From an uncultured Chroococcidiopsis sp. (GTDB lineage: Bacteria; Cyanobacteriota; Cyanobacteriia; Cyanobacteriales; Chroococcidiopsidaceae): a stretch of DNA of 64,000 nt. Below are positions 10,310 through 21,685 of the stretch, in pieces. The number at the start of each line of letters is the position of its first letter. The first letter of the stretch is position 1. The notes under the pieces were generated by a model. The model did no database searches. It saw nothing but the letters and a program-made list of their open reading frames with translations, and had not been told where the DNA came from. Location: positions 98,212 through 162,211 of the forward strand of contig CAXTYC010000007.1 in assembly GCA_964248365.1 (NCBI GenBank), given 5' to 3'. The position numbers and the translations under genes are program-made.

Positions 10310-11629
10310 TTACCTTTGCGTCCTTTGCGTCTTTGCGGTTCGTAAAAAATAACCTACTAGATACAGCGAACCACACAAAACTATTAAATCTTCAGATTCA
10401 AGAGTTGCCACAAGTGCTGAAAACAGATCGTCATAAATATGACAAGCTGCTAACGGACAAACATTCTGAGCTAGATTTGCCAATTCTGCCGGATTGGCTG
10501 AACTATGATCCGGCACGGGTACTAAGTATAATCTGTCACCTGGTCGCAGGACGGCTTTAAAAATTTCGTCATGCTCTTTGGTAGAAAGCATCCCCATTAC
10601 CCACTTGACAGATTTCACATTTAGTGTATCAACATAAGAGCGCAAAGCGATCGCAGCAGCCGGATTATGAGCGCCGTCAATCAATAGCCTGTGGTTTTGC
10701 CAGGTAGTCCACTGCAAACGCCCAGCCCATTTAGTTTTAGCCATTCCATTAACGATCGCCCCTGCGGAAATATCCCAGCCTTGCTGTTGCAAAATTTGCA
10801 AGGCAGCTATTGCGATCGCCGAATTACTCAACTGCATTTCGCCCAACAACGGCAAAGGATATTTGAAAGGATGAAGTTTGAAGGCTAAAGGCTGACCCGC
10901 CGTTGTCTGTGTGACGATGGGGCTGTCGGATAAACCCGCCCCTAGAAATTTTGCCCAGCCTGGCGCTACCTCTTGGGCTGGTTCAACCCATACAGCAGGA
11001 CAACCAAGCTCGTTGATGCGCGATCGCACAACAGCTAGAGCCTCTGCTGGTAATTGTCCCACTACAGCCGGACATCCTGGTTTGAGAATACCAGCTTTCT
11101 CCCTGGCAATATCTGCTAAAGTAGGTCCTAGCTGCTGCCAGTGTTCCCGACTAATGGAAGTGATAATAGTAACAAGGGGGCGATCGCTAACATTAGTAGC
11201 ATCCAAACGACCGCCTAATCCCACTTCTACTACAGCCACATCCACACGAGATTGAGCGAAGTACAACATCGCCGCGGCTGTAATAACTTCAAACTGAGTA
11301 GGTGTATCTTCATCAGGACGAATGGCATTTTGAACTTGTAGCAATAACTGTTGCAGCGTATCAGTTGCAATTGGTTGCTCATTTAAGCAAATGCGTTCAG
11401 TCCAATCGACTAAATGGGGGGAAGTATAGCGCCCTACCCGATAACCCGACTCGGTTAGAACCGAAGAAAGATAAGCACAAACCGAACCTTTACCATTTGT
11501 ACCAGCTACATGAATAATTGGAACTTGGTGATGGGGATTAGCTAAAGAAGCCAATAGCTTTTGAATTCGGTCTAAACCGAGATGTACGCCAAAGCGTTGA
11601 AAGGGTTTGAGGATCGAGTCAATGTCCAC
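10310..11629 (-). CDS. folC: folylpolyglutamate synthase/dihydrofolate synthase
   Basis: HVAGTNGKGS, YTSPHL, EVGLGGRLDATN, DGAHN, CGSLYLVG. Confidence 0.97.
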   Translation of the reverse strand: MDIDSILKPFQRFGVHLGLDRIQKLLASLANPHHQVPIIHVAGTNGKGSVCAYLSSVLTESGYRVGRYTSPHLVDWTERICLNEQPIATDTLQQLLLQVQNAIRPDEDTPTQFEVITAAAMLYFAQSRVDVAVVEVGLGGRLDATNVSDRPLVTIITSISREHWQQLGPTLADIAREKAGILKPGCPAVVGQLPAEALAVVRSRINELGCPAVWVEPAQEVAPGWAKFLGAGLSDSPIVTQTTAGQPLAFKLHPFKYPLPLLGEMQLSNSAIAIAALQILQQQGWDISAGAIVNGMAKTKWAGRLQWTTWQNHRLLIDGAHNPAAAIALRSYVDTLNVKSVKWVMGMLSTKEHDEIFKAVLRPGDRLYLVPVPDHSSANPAELANLAQNVCPLAACHIYDDLFSALVATLESEDLIVLCGSLYLVGYFLRTAKTQRTQR

Positions 11630-11913
11630 AATAGCTAATAGTTAGTAGTGAAAAGAAGTATAAAGTGTGAAGTATGAAGTATGAAGTATGAAGTATGTAC
11701 GCAAAGCGTTGCCATAGGCTAGGAGTTGTGGAGTTGTGGAGACAGAATATTAATTCTTTCCCTTTTCCCTTTTCCCTTTAACCTTTCCCCTTTAACCTTA
11801 TTGCCTTCATCCTTTCTCTCACCATTTAGTCATACTCTTTTAGGCAGATGAAATACCCTGTGAAGGTGAGTCAAGGTTATTTATTGGCAATCTACTTATT
11901 TGCGGGTAAATCT

Positions 11914-12147
11914 ATGCAAGCTAACGGACAAGATCGAGCAATAAGCAATCTGGAGTATGATCTGCTCACAGTGTTGCAAAACAAGGCTGAAGCACTTAAA
12001 GCCTATGAAACTTATATTCAAGATGCACAGTCAATGGATTCTCAGCCCTGTGTGGAACTGTTCCAGAAGTTGAAGCAGCAAGATATGCAGCAGGCACAGG
12101 AAATCCGCCACCACCTGCAAGAAGTAATGCAAAAAGGCAAGATGTAA
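11914..12147 (+). CDS. small conserved hypothetical protein (helical)
   Basis: ISNLEYDLLTVLQNK..ALKAYETYIQDAQ; likely start is the ATG at 11914. Confidence 0.75.
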   Translation: MQANGQDRAISNLEYDLLTVLQNKAEALKAYETYIQDAQSMDSQPCVELFQKLKQQDMQQAQEIRHHLQEVMQKGKM

Positions 12148-12282
12148 AGCGGCTAGCTATTAGCCGTTAGCTGTTAGCTGTTAGTTGTTCCTCTTTTGAG
12201 CTAGCTTTTGGGATCTTTAATAGATAATGTGTGAATTGTGTTTCTAAAAGCTCATGGCTAATAGCTAAAAGCTAATTGCTAA

Positions 12283-13359
12283 TTAGCTAAAGGCTTCAGA
12301 CAGATAATCAGCAGCAGCTTCTACCACAACGATCGCTGTTTCATAATCCATTCTGGTTGGTCCTAGTACGCCCACGCTTCCCACTGGTACTGTACCTCGG
12401 CGATAGGTGGCAGAAATCAATGTACAGCAGCGGATTGGTTCTAAGGTATTTTCTGAGCCAATCCGAATCGATACTCGTCGCCCCGCTTTTGACTCTCCTT
12501 CTGGCTCTTCAAAAATCAAAGGTAATAACTGCTGCTGCTCTTCTTCCAGCAGGTGGATAATGGTTTGCACTTGCTGTAATTCAGAAAATTCTGGCTGACG
12601 TAACACTTCTGCCACACCCCGAATCATTAGTTGAGTCACGGCGGGTGTTTGAGTGCGACGAGATAAATCTGCTAGGACGGTTTTTAAGTAATCGCCATAG
12701 CGTTGAAATTCTTGGTCTAATTGAGTCCAATCAAGTGTAGCCAATTCCCCAAGCGATCGCCCCTGTAGCTGAGTGTTCAAAAAATTTGAGAGAATCTGCA
12801 ACTCCCGTTCCACTACTTCCGGTTGTGGTGGTGTTTCCTCAGCCGAAAAAGGCAACTCCAGTAATGCCGATTGTGTCTCGTATGCATCTGTCACCACAAT
12901 TAACATCACCCGTTCTGGCTCGATTGGTATGAGTTGCAAGTGTCTTAACCGAGCTGTGTTGTTGTGAGGCATGGTAATTAAGGTGATGCAGCCACTGACT
13001 GTTGCCAGAATTTGCGCTGCCCCCTGCAATAAGGCTTCTAGGCTCCAATCCTCCCATTTAAGTCGCTTTTGGAATAAATGCTCTACCTGTCGCCCCCAGA
13101 TGTCAGAAGGTGTAATTAGCTGATCTACATAAATGCGATAGCCCCAATCCGAGGGTACACGTCCTGCTGATGTATGAGGTTGGTAGAGTAAACCAGCTTT
13201 TTCTAACACACCCATTGTATTACGAATTGTTGCTGGGCTAACTTGGAGATTGTACTCCTCTACCAAAGCTTTTGAACCTACTGGCTCTGCGGTGGCGATG
13301 TAGTGGCGCACCGTTGCCCAAAGTATTTGCTGTTGCCGATCAGTAAGCTGCACTTGCAT
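12283..13359 (-). CDS. hrcA: heat-inducible transcriptional repressor HrcA
   Basis: [38 protein letters not shown]. Confidence 0.98.
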   Translation of the reverse strand: MQVQLTDRQQQILWATVRHYIATAEPVGSKALVEEYNLQVSPATIRNTMGVLEKAGLLYQPHTSAGRVPSDWGYRIYVDQLITPSDIWGRQVEHLFQKRLKWEDWSLEALLQGAAQILATVSGCITLITMPHNNTARLRHLQLIPIEPERVMLIVVTDAYETQSALLELPFSAEETPPQPEVVERELQILSNFLNTQLQGRSLGELATLDWTQLDQEFQRYGDYLKTVLADLSRRTQTPAVTQLMIRGVAEVLRQPEFSELQQVQTIIHLLEEEQQQLLPLIFEEPEGESKAGRRVSIRIGSENTLEPIRCCTLISATYRRGTVPVGSVGVLGPTRMDYETAIVVVEAAADYLSEAFS

Positions 13360-13718
13360 AGCTAGTTTAAGCCGAGGAAATCTTATCGGATTTTAAAAAC
13401 AGTGAATGTAATTTATAGAACTGTTAAGTTTTAGTTATTAAAGATAACAAATTAGTTACATCAGTTGAAAGCAGCCAAGGGATAGATCTAGGGTAAGCGC
13501 CTTGATGCTGTTACATCGGGTGATGGCGATCGCCCACTCACTTCAGTGTAAACGACATGGCTATTACTTCTTTTGTTCCTAAAAGCTATCGCCATTAGCG
13601 CCATTGGCAATATATGTAGCCTTATTCAACTATACTATGTACTTTCTCTTAATTTTACTATTTCTTTGGTAGTAAATATTACTAAATGAGTATCTAGGGG
13701 CAAGAGCGCCCCTAGCCC

Positions 13719-14063
13719 CTAATATCTAGAAATGGTTGGATCGACCAGGATTGAGTAGGCATCGATGCCACCAACCACGTTTTTAACATTGGTAAAACCT
13801 TGACTGGTTAGCCACTGACACATTTGGGCAGAACGAATACCGTGATGGCACATTACCAATGTTTCAGCATCAGTGTCAAAACGGGTATGGATTGAGTCAC
13901 ACCATTGGGCAAATTGACTTAAAGGCAGGATTTCAAAACCTTCAATAGAGGCGATCGCTACTTCTTCCGGTTCGCGCACATCCAGCAATTGCAGTTTGCC
14001 CACATCTTTCCTCAAGCGTTGGGCAAGTTCTTCTACACTGATTTGGGCAATAGGTTGATTCAT
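13719..14063 (-). CDS. rhodanese-like domain protein
   Basis: LLDVREPEE, CHHGIRS active-site loop, GGIDAYS. Confidence 0.93.
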   Translation of the reverse strand: MNQPIAQISVEELAQRLRKDVGKLQLLDVREPEEVAIASIEGFEILPLSQFAQWCDSIHTRFDTDAETLVMCHHGIRSAQMCQWLTSQGFTNVKNVVGGIDAYSILVDPTISRY

Positions 14064-14361
14064 ATTAGGAGGGGCTAGAGGAAGCGCGGGGCTAGGGGCT
14101 AGAGGCTAGAGGCTAGAGGAAGTCGTCAGGTGAGGAAGCCAGAATTCTCCCCTTTTCCCACTCTCCCTATCTCCCCAGCTCCCCCTGCCCCTTGCGCCCC
14201 CCTGCTCTCTTATGTGGGCGGGTTTTAAAAATTTCTTGTATTGTAGGGTACTAGACTAGGTTTTAGCAGATATCTTCCTAAGCAGGAGGTTGGATAGTGG
14301 CTGGTTATCAATCCCGAATGCACTCAGGCTGGCTAGTCTACTATAACCTTTGTAAACAATC

Positions 14362-16122
14362 ATGAATCGACGCTCATTCTTCTCTTCCTTGGCAGCTGGT
14401 GTAGTTGTGCTGTTGTTAATTGGCATCAGTGGGTATTTCTGGATAGCCTCTCAAAGTCCGCTTACCCTGCTGCCAGGTGGTAGCAAGGCTAACCCGCAAG
14501 CGGCTATTTTCGTATCGAAACAAGCACCAGTGATGGTTTCCCTGCTGGTGAATCCAGACAAATTGGAGTCGTTGGGGCAACTGGCAACTCGTTTGGGAGA
14601 ACGAAAGCGATCGCGTGAACAACTTAACCAGCTAAAAACACGCTTGCTGGCTAATACAGGTTTAGATTATCGGCGTGACATCCAACCTTGGTTGGGAGAG
14701 GAAATTACCCTAGCTGTTACTGGGGAGGATCTTGACCGCGACGAAACCAATGGTAAGCACTCAGGGTATTTGATGGCGCTGACTACTAAAGATCCAGTAA
14801 AAAGCCGCGAGTTTTTGCAGCTATTGTTTTCTAAACGAGCGATCGCAGGTAGAGAATTAGTTTCAGAGCAATACAAAGGTGTTAACCTGATCTCTGACAG
14901 TGGGATTGTAGGGACGATATCTGATACATCGGCAAAACCACAGCCCTTAAAATCGATTGGACAAACTGAAAACTATCTAGCTGGTAGCGTAGTGGGCGAT
15001 CGCTTTGTGCTGTTTGCCAATCATCCCAAGGTATTACGCGAAGCAATCAATAATGTCCAAGCACCCGATCTCAACTTAACCAGTTCTAGTCAATACCAAC
15101 AAGCACTAACTTTGTTGCCCTCCCAGGGGATTGGTATAGCTTTCCTAAATCTTGCCAGCGTGAGTGAGTGGCTTGGCAAGCAATCACAAATGCTAACTTA
15201 TACCAGCCAAATCATTGGCTTGGAATTGAACCGCCAGGGATTACTGGCACAAACAACATTTATAGCAGCACCAGATAAGGATTTAGCTCCTCCCCTTTCA
15301 ACCCTGTCTCAACCTGTGCAGGCATTACAGTACATCCCAGTTAATACAGGTTTGTCGATTTCCGGTTTTGATTTAAGCAACTCCAAAAAAACTGATTTGA
15401 ACCAACTATGGACACAAATCACAGCAGTGTTATCTGGTTCAGGTAATGACGCAATTTCTAAATTAGTCACTCAACCCCTAGCAACACTGCAAACGAGCTG
15501 GGGTATAGACTTGGCAAAAGATATTTTCAGTTGGGTAAAAGGAGAATATGCCTTGGGAATGCTTCCCCATGCTGACACTTCCGCTCCCGATTGGATTTTT
15601 GTAGCAGAAAAATCGGAGGGAGCAGAACAAGGAATAGCCCATCTCAATGCGATCGCTCAAACCAAAGGACTAAGTATGACACCCCTATCTGTGGGAGAGC
15701 AAAAAATTTCTGCTTGGACACAGCTAATAACCGCTCCTACAAACGACAAGGATGTAGATCGATCATTGCTCACGCTCAAGGCGAAAGTTGAGGGTGTACA
15801 GGCGAGTGTAGGAAACTACCAAATTTTTACCACTTCGGTCGAGGCAATGGATGCAGCTTTAAAAGCAGCCAAAAATAGTTCTATAGTTGATGACGCACAA
15901 TTTCAACCAATTGTCAAGGTGATTCCCAAACCAAATCAAGGTTATGTGTATCTCGATTGGCAGCAAAGTCGGGAGGTATTAGAGCGCCAAGTGCCGATTC
16001 TCAAACTGTTGGAAGTGGCTGGAAAACCATTTTTTGACCGTGTGCGATCGCTAACAATTAGTAGTTACGGCAGCGAAACCCACGTACTCAAAGGCAGCAT
16101 CTTTTTCCAACTCAAACCCTAA
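14362..16122 (+). CDS. DUF3352-like exported protein
   Basis: N-terminal signal/TM; DYRRDIQPWLGEEITLA and duplicated DIFSWVKGEYAL motifs typical of this cyanobacterial family. Confidence 0.78.
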   Translation: MNRRSFFSSLAAGVVVLLLIGISGYFWIASQSPLTLLPGGSKANPQAAIFVSKQAPVMVSLLVNPDKLESLGQLATRLGERKRSREQLNQLKTRLLANTGLDYRRDIQPWLGEEITLAVTGEDLDRDETNGKHSGYLMALTTKDPVKSREFLQLLFSKRAIAGRELVSEQYKGVNLISDSGIVGTISDTSAKPQPLKSIGQTENYLAGSVVGDRFVLFANHPKVLREAINNVQAPDLNLTSSSQYQQALTLLPSQGIGIAFLNLASVSEWLGKQSQMLTYTSQIIGLELNRQGLLAQTTFIAAPDKDLAPPLSTLSQPVQALQYIPVNTGLSISGFDLSNSKKTDLNQLWTQITAVLSGSGNDAISKLVTQPLATLQTSWGIDLAKDIFSWVKGEYALGMLPHADTSAPDWIFVAEKSEGAEQGIAHLNAIAQTKGLSMTPLSVGEQKISAWTQLITAPTNDKDVDRSLLTLKAKVEGVQASVGNYQIFTTSVEAMDAALKAAKNSSIVDDAQFQPIVKVIPKPNQGYVYLDWQQSREVLERQVPILKLLEVAGKPFFDRVRSLTISSYGSETHVLKGSIFFQLKP

Positions 16123-16657
16123 CTAGGGGCTGGGGGCTAGGGGAGCAGGGGAGATAAGGAGATGGGGCGAAATCTCCCTATCACCTCACCATCCCATACC
16201 CTCATCCTCTTCTTCCTCTAGCCTCTAGCCCCGCGCTTCCTCTAGCCCCTCATTCCCCAAAGCACCAAGAAAGCACCAGCACTAATACAGCCAAAATTAA
16301 CCAACTGGGTAGGCTCAAGTTTCTAACAAATTCTAGGGGAGTCAATACAAACACTTGAGTTAGGAGCGTAGCTGTAAATAATAGGAAGACAATCAAGATA
16401 AATGACGGCATATAAAACTAGGGGCGACTCTTGAGGGGTGACTCTTGAGGGGGAATCAGGGGCGAGGGGGAGAGTGGGTGAGGGGGAGAATCATTAATTA
16501 CCTTTCCCCTTTTCCCTTTACCCTTTACCCTTTACCCTTTACCCTACTCCCTGCTCCCACTCTCCTGGCTCTGTGCAATTCTAAAATCTATAGTTAGATG
16601 TCACACGAAGGCTAAGATAGAAAATGTTTATATTCTGCCCAGTGTGGGTAACAACTC

Positions 16658-17449
16658 ATGCTATCTACCTTGCTTGCTGACTTCAAAATCATTTTTGAGC
16701 GTGATCCAGCTGCCCGCAACTGGCTAGAGGTACTATTTTTCTACCCTGGTTTGCAAGCAATTGTATTCCATCGGGTAGCGCATTCACTTTATAGACTGCG
16801 TATTCCTGTCATCCCCCGTTTAATCTCCTTTGTTGCTCGATTTTTGACCGGAATTGAGATCCACCCTGGTGCAGCAATTGGACGAGGTTTTTTTATTGAT
16901 CACGGGATGGGGGTTGTGATCGGTGAAACAGCGATCATTGGAGATAACGTTTTGCTTTACCAAGGTGTAACCCTTGGCGGTACTGGGAAAGAATGCGGTA
17001 AGCGTCATCCTACCGTAGGGAACAATGTGGTCGTTGGCGCTGGGGCAAAAGTACTGGGTAATATTGAGGTTGGTAGTAATGTCCGAATTGGTGCTGGTTC
17101 GGTAGTTTTAAGGAATGTTCCTTCTAATTGCACAGTTGTAGGTGTACCAGGTCGGATTATATATCGTTCTGGGGCGCGGGTTGACCCTCTCGAACACGGT
17201 AGTTTGCCTGATTCAGAAGCACAAGTGATTCGCGCTTTAGTTGATAGAATTGAGTCTCTCGAACAACAACTAGAAAAATTGCAGCAACAACAGCCTGTAT
17301 ATCAAGCTGCTTTGTTAGAGGCTAACTCTAAGTTGTCAAATTCTAAGTCGTTAGAGGTTAGCTCACCAGAAGCTAAAACTCATGTTGTCACTAGCTGTCA
17401 ACTTAGAGATAAGACGATTCAGGAATTTTTGGATGGAGCAGGAATTTGA
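16658..17449 (+). CDS. cysE: serine O-acetyltransferase
   Basis: [41 protein letters not shown] hexapeptide region. Confidence 0.97.
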   Translation: MLSTLLADFKIIFERDPAARNWLEVLFFYPGLQAIVFHRVAHSLYRLRIPVIPRLISFVARFLTGIEIHPGAAIGRGFFIDHGMGVVIGETAIIGDNVLLYQGVTLGGTGKECGKRHPTVGNNVVVGAGAKVLGNIEVGSNVRIGAGSVVLRNVPSNCTVVGVPGRIIYRSGARVDPLEHGSLPDSEAQVIRALVDRIESLEQQLEKLQQQQPVYQAALLEANSKLSNSKSLEVSSPEAKTHVVTSCQLRDKTIQEFLDGAGI

Positions 17450-17460
17450 ATTAGGAGTCA

Positions 17461-17524
17461 GTAGGGGCGGGTTTGCTTAGGATATTTGTGGTTAATCTAA
17501 TATGTCAGTAAAACCCGTCCGTAC
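17461..17524. repeat. 64-bp REP-like element
   Basis: GTAGGGGCGGGTTT...AAACCCGTCCGTAC, same family as 2861-2924. Confidence 0.8.
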
Positions 17525-17555
17525 CCACGTCCAAAATTGCTGGAGTCAGGAAAAA

Positions 17556-17909
17556 GTTATAGTAAGCATCTAGTAATTTACTGACTTCTTCGAGTTGAGA
17601 CATTAACCGTAGATTGTCATTAGGCTTACCATATCTAAGATCTTTTGACAATATTAGGTAATAGCGACTTTCTTCAAGTGAGCCTTATGCGATATTCATA
17701 AACCGAGCTTTATCAGCTTTAGTTTTTTTCTTAAAGCCTTCTGCTATATTTGCAGGAATTGAAACAGCAGAGCGCGAGGTTGAGAAGTCAAGCCATAAAT
17801 TTCGGTTTTTGGAATCTCCTCACTCAAAAGGTAAGTAGACAAAACAAATTGATGTGCCTTTTGCCAAACAATCAAATCTTGAAAACATTTAGCTGGTGCA
17901 TCTGTTCAT
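17556..17909 (-). pseudogene. four-helix-bundle protein (23S rRNA IVS/S23-like family), disrupted
   Basis: Manual translation gives FQDLIVWQKAHQFVL..EIYGLTSQ / SAVSIPANIAEGF..KARFMNIA*GSLEESRYYL, with frameshifts and an in-frame TAA; absent from the ORF track. Confidence 0.85.
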
Positions 17910-17972
17910 TCTGACTCCTCACCTCCTCACCTCCACAACTCCTCGCCTCCACAACTCCTCACCTCCGCTGTC

Positions 17973-18557
17973 CTAGGGATTCACCCCTCGAATAGACCAA
18001 ATTTGATCTATATCACCCCATTTATAAATCGTGCGGTTTTGAGGTTCGCCGTGCAATTCTAAATGATCTACTTGTACTGGTTTTAGTAGCAGCAAGCAAA
18101 AATTTGCTAGAGGTTCGCACGCATTGGGTAGAGGTGGATCAAATGCAGCAGCATCGGCTCTAGGTTTACCTGGATCAGCCCAAGCGAATTGTAAACGTGT
18201 TGCATCACTAAGATCTTGCCAAGCGGTTTGACGCGCTTGCTGTAAAACTGCATCAGGATAATTGGATGTTACCAATGTCAAACAACCCGCCAGCCGGAAT
18301 TGTTCACGAGATGAGGGAAAATACCAACAAGCTTCTGCCCAAGGTTGATGTTCAATTTGTTCAGGTTTTTGACTGCGAGAATCGATCGCAAACTTTAGCA
18401 CGTCGGTGTCAGCAAGAAACCCCCGAAAAACAAGTGTACGATTAGCAGGGCGATTATCTGCTCTCACAGTTGCTAGTTGTAAATAACGAGCATAAGCAAG
18501 GCTACGATTGAGATCAATGGCACGAGCAAGGGGCGATCGCCAGGGAGCTAAGGACAT
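17973..18557 (-). CDS. pyridoxamine 5'-phosphate oxidase-like FMN-binding protein
   Basis: YLQLATV, PANRTLVFRGF, DSRSQK, CWYF..REQFR; likely start MSLAPW at 18557. Confidence 0.88.
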   Translation of the reverse strand: MSLAPWRSPLARAIDLNRSLAYARYLQLATVRADNRPANRTLVFRGFLADTDVLKFAIDSRSQKPEQIEHQPWAEACWYFPSSREQFRLAGCLTLVTSNYPDAVLQQARQTAWQDLSDATRLQFAWADPGKPRADAAAFDPPLPNACEPLANFCLLLLKPVQVDHLELHGEPQNRTIYKWGDIDQIWSIRGVNP

Positions 18558-18748
18558 CGTTATAATAATTTGTCTTGATATTGACATCTTTCCAATACTC
18601 CCATAGCCCCCCTTGATTGTCCCCTTTTTAAAGGGAGACAGAGGAAGCTACGCTACGCGCCAATTAACTCGGTTGGGGGGTTACGAAAAAGTTACGAAAA
18701 AGAGTCAGCCGTACCAAAAATCTACTATTCCAGCCTTAGATCTCTCAT

Positions 18749-18898
18749 GCATTTTGGTGCGCGACGTTTCGGGTAAGAGTACTCTTACAGATGCGCTCGC
18801 TTGGCTTTTTTGAGAATATTTGCAATAAGCCAGTATCCCAAGCCAAGCGGGTTCGGCGGCAAGAGTATTCTTCCCGCCGACACCGCGCACCAAAATGC
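18749..18898. repeat. 150-bp imperfect palindrome
   Basis: GCATTTTGGTGCGCG/CGCGCACCAAAATGC, AAGAGTACTCTT/AAGAGTATTCTT and CGCTTGGCTT/AAGCCAAGCG arms in nested order. Confidence 0.8.
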
Positions 18899-18968
18899 CT
18901 AGTCTGACCAATTTTGAGCAGGTTTCATGCAAGGGCTTCTGGTATTGCAAGTATTTAACAAAATAGTA

Positions 18969-19670
18969 TTAATTTTTGTTTCGCAGTAATTTATATTGCC
19001 GCAGAAGATGGAAATTTTCTGGTGTTAGAAAATTGCGTAATTCCGTTACCTCATTGAGAAGATTAATTTCTTGGTCACATTCTGCTTGTAAAATTTCCAA
19101 ATAGCGATCGCGCTGTACTCCAGGTGGAGCATTCCTCATCATATGAATTGCCATATTTACTTTGGCAACACTATTACGCAAATTCTCAGAAAAATTTTGG
19201 AATATTTCTTCTCTATTTTCTACAAATTGTTGTAAATTATGAAGTTTTTTTTCTAGGTTTTTATATTTTTGCTGTTCAATAATATAATTACGCATCGTCG
19301 ATAATTGCCTTTCTAATCGAGCCGTGACTGCTCCTAACAAGTCATCTCTAGTAAATGGCTTAGTGATATAGTCATCTGCACCTAATACCATACCTTGACG
19401 CAAATCTAAATTACTAGCTTTTGCTGTAATAAAGATAAAGGGAGTAACAGCAGTAGTTAGGTTTTTTCGCAACTGGCTTAGTACTTCATAACCATTCAGG
19501 ATAGGCATCATAACGTCGCAAAGAATCAAATCGGGTGACTTGTCCTGCGCCAGTTGCACCCCAATTTCACCATCTTCTGCGCCAAATACATCGAATTTCT
19601 CAGCAATAAGTATTTCGCAAATGATTTCCCGAACAGTTAGCTCATCCTCAATTACCAAAATCTTTGTCAT
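18969..19670 (-). CDS. response regulator (REC plus degenerate HisKA-like tail)
   Basis: KILVIED, DLILCDVMMP, FIFITAK, GADDYITKPF; start MTKIL at 19670. Confidence 0.92.
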   Translation of the reverse strand: MTKILVIEDELTVREIICEILIAEKFDVFGAEDGEIGVQLAQDKSPDLILCDVMMPILNGYEVLSQLRKNLTTAVTPFIFITAKASNLDLRQGMVLGADDYITKPFTRDDLLGAVTARLERQLSTMRNYIIEQQKYKNLEKKLHNLQQFVENREEIFQNFSENLRNSVAKVNMAIHMMRNAPPGVQRDRYLEILQAECDQEINLLNEVTELRNFLTPENFHLLRQYKLLRNKN

Positions 19671-19867
19671 TTGTCTATCTATACGATGCCATAAACACGT
19701 TTTACCCCACTGATTTGTCACTTTTTTTAGCCATGCTAAAGTTCATGCAAATCCTAGAGGACTGGTTGCAGTTCTAGTGTTCCCACTTCTACCTAAGAAA
19801 TCATCAAAAAATTAAGCAGTATGCCACCCATGCCCACCAAATTATTGATGGTGGGCGAAGCCCCGTA

Positions 19868-21685
19868 TTACACCACAGCGGAGGGATGGGTGGCATACCA
19901 ATTACCAATTCTCCCAATTGTGACTGTGAATGTTGTCCCTACACCCACTTGACTATCGACGGTAATGTCACCACCGTGTAAATCAACAGCCTTTTTCACA
20001 ATTGCTAACCCCAGCCCAGTACCAGCAATGTTGCTAACGTTACTAGCGCGGTAAAATGACTCAAACAGGTGCTGTCGGTCTTCTTGGGGAATACCAATGC
20101 CTTGATCTTGAATCTGGAAACTTGCTGTCTCATCTTGACAAATTAGTGCAAACCGAACCGTGCTACCGACAGGAGAATACTTAATCGCATTTGAAAGCAA
20201 ATTGCCCAGGATGTGCCGAATCAGCTGTTCATCCATATAAACGTTGGTACACTTACATTGCTCGGTAAAGACAAACTTGTGTTTAGTACCAGGAATATGT
20301 TCTAACTCTGCCACCAAAGTGCGACACAATTGAACCAAATCGAGTTTTTTAGGTTCAAATTTTAATTTTCCTGCTTCTGCTTTACCCAACAGCAGCACAT
20401 CCTCTAATAGCTGGATCATATGTTGGACATTAGCTTGAATGCGATTGAAGTAAAGCAGTTTTTTATTATCTGTCCATGTGTGGCTGTAGTGTCTAAGTAA
20501 TTCAGTAGAACCTAGGATCGCTGTCAATGGAGTGCGAAATTCATGGGAAGTCATAGTAATAAAGCGAGATTTGAGTTCACTCAGTTCTTTTTCTCGCTCT
20601 AGAGCCTGACAAAGTTCTTCTTGTGCCTGCTTGCGTCTGGTAATGTCACGGCAGACACAAATCATTCCTCCATTTTTGAGCCATGTCAGAGAAACTTCAG
20701 AGGCAAATGTAGTGCCGTCCTTTCTTTTGGCAGTTGTCTCACCTTGCCAGTAACCCTTATGCAAAAGCTGGGGAAAGACATTCTGTTCAAACCATTTGAT
20801 TTCGTCTTGAGAGTAAAGCTGTTGCCATGTGAGTCCCAACAGTTCACTGGTATCCCCATATCCAAATATATGGATATGAGCGCTGTTGAGATAAATGTAC
20901 TCACCATTTTGATTGAGAATAGCAATACCATCATTTGCCGCTTCGATCGCAGCTAGCTGCTGCTGCAAAGCAACATTTGCCAGATGGCGCGAGCCAATTT
21001 CTCGCTGCAATTGTTCATTAGCAGTCTTTAATTGGGTAGTTCGTTTCTCAACCTTGATTTCTAGCTCTTGATTTACCTTGCGTAATGCCGCCTCTGCTTT
21101 TTGGCGCTCTTGCCGTTCAGTTTCGAGTGCCAGAACCAGTTCTGCATTACGGTTTTGCAATTGAACTTTTTCGGCTTGGAGTTGGCTAACTTGTTGCTGC
21201 AATAGCGCCGCCCTGTTTTGTTCTATGGATACAGATGGTTGAATGTGGCGAATACTATTTGGCATCATCATCTCCAGCAGTTGAGTGCGATCGCTCAAAA
21301 TCGGTAAATGGGATCTGTACTGATGAAATGCTTTCACTACACTAAAAATATCCTGCAACTGTGATTTTCTCAAGCTAATCAAATGCCGTAACATCGCATC
21401 GGTAACTTTGACTGCCTTAAAATTTAACCCCAGTACTAACTCGCTCAAATCCTGCTGGGTTAACAACTCAATTAGCTGCATTCCCTCCATCACCAAAACA
21501 CAACTAGCTATTACCTCATTCATCCAACTTGAGGTTAACGATTGATGATAGCTAGGCAGCCAGCTACTAGCCTGTACCTGCCCGATCAGATTAGATATGT
21601 CTTCCAGGGAAGTATCAGGTGTAACGCGCAGCAGGTGAGGGTAAATAGCTGTTTCTATGGCTAAGGAAGACAGCGGGTTTTGCAT
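19868..21685 (-). CDS. sensor histidine kinase (degenerate CBS-like region, coiled coil, PAS, HisKA, HATPase)
   Basis: [34 protein letters not shown] (NSAHIHIFGY, KRKDG, RDIT). Confidence 0.93.
   Translation of the reverse strand: MQNPLSSLAIETAIYPHLLRVTPDTSLEDISNLIGQVQASSWLPSYHQSLTSSWMNEVIASCVLVMEGMQLIELLTQQDLSELVLGLNFKAVKVTDAMLRHLISLRKSQLQDIFSVVKAFHQYRSHLPILSDRTQLLEMMMPNSIRHIQPSVSIEQNRAALLQQQVSQLQAEKVQLQNRNAELVLALETERQERQKAEAALRKVNQELEIKVEKRTTQLKTANEQLQREIGSRHLANVALQQQLAAIEAANDGIAILNQNGEYIYLNSAHIHIFGYGDTSELLGLTWQQLYSQDEIKWFEQNVFPQLLHKGYWQGETTAKRKDGTTFASEVSLTWLKNGGMICVCRDITRRKQAQEELCQALEREKELSELKSRFITMTSHEFRTPLTAILGSTELLRHYSHTWTDNKKLLYFNRIQANVQHMIQLLEDVLLLGKAEAGKLKFEPKKLDLVQLCRTLVAELEHIPGTKHKFVFTEQCKCTNVYMDEQLIRHILGNLLSNAIKYSPVGSTVRFALICQDETASFQIQDQGIGIPQEDRQHLFESFYRASNVSNIAGTGLGLAIVKKAVDLHGGDITVDSQVGVGTTFTVTIGRIGNWYATHPSAVV

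Noticed and set aside
13360..13718. CIRCE operator upstream of hrcA
   Set aside because: No TTAGCACTC-N9-GAGTGCTAA match seen
14252..14340. Possible structured leader (TAGACTAG/CTAGTCTA) before the DUF3352 gene
   Set aside because: Only an 8-bp outer stem with weak inner pairing; no riboswitch consensus recognised
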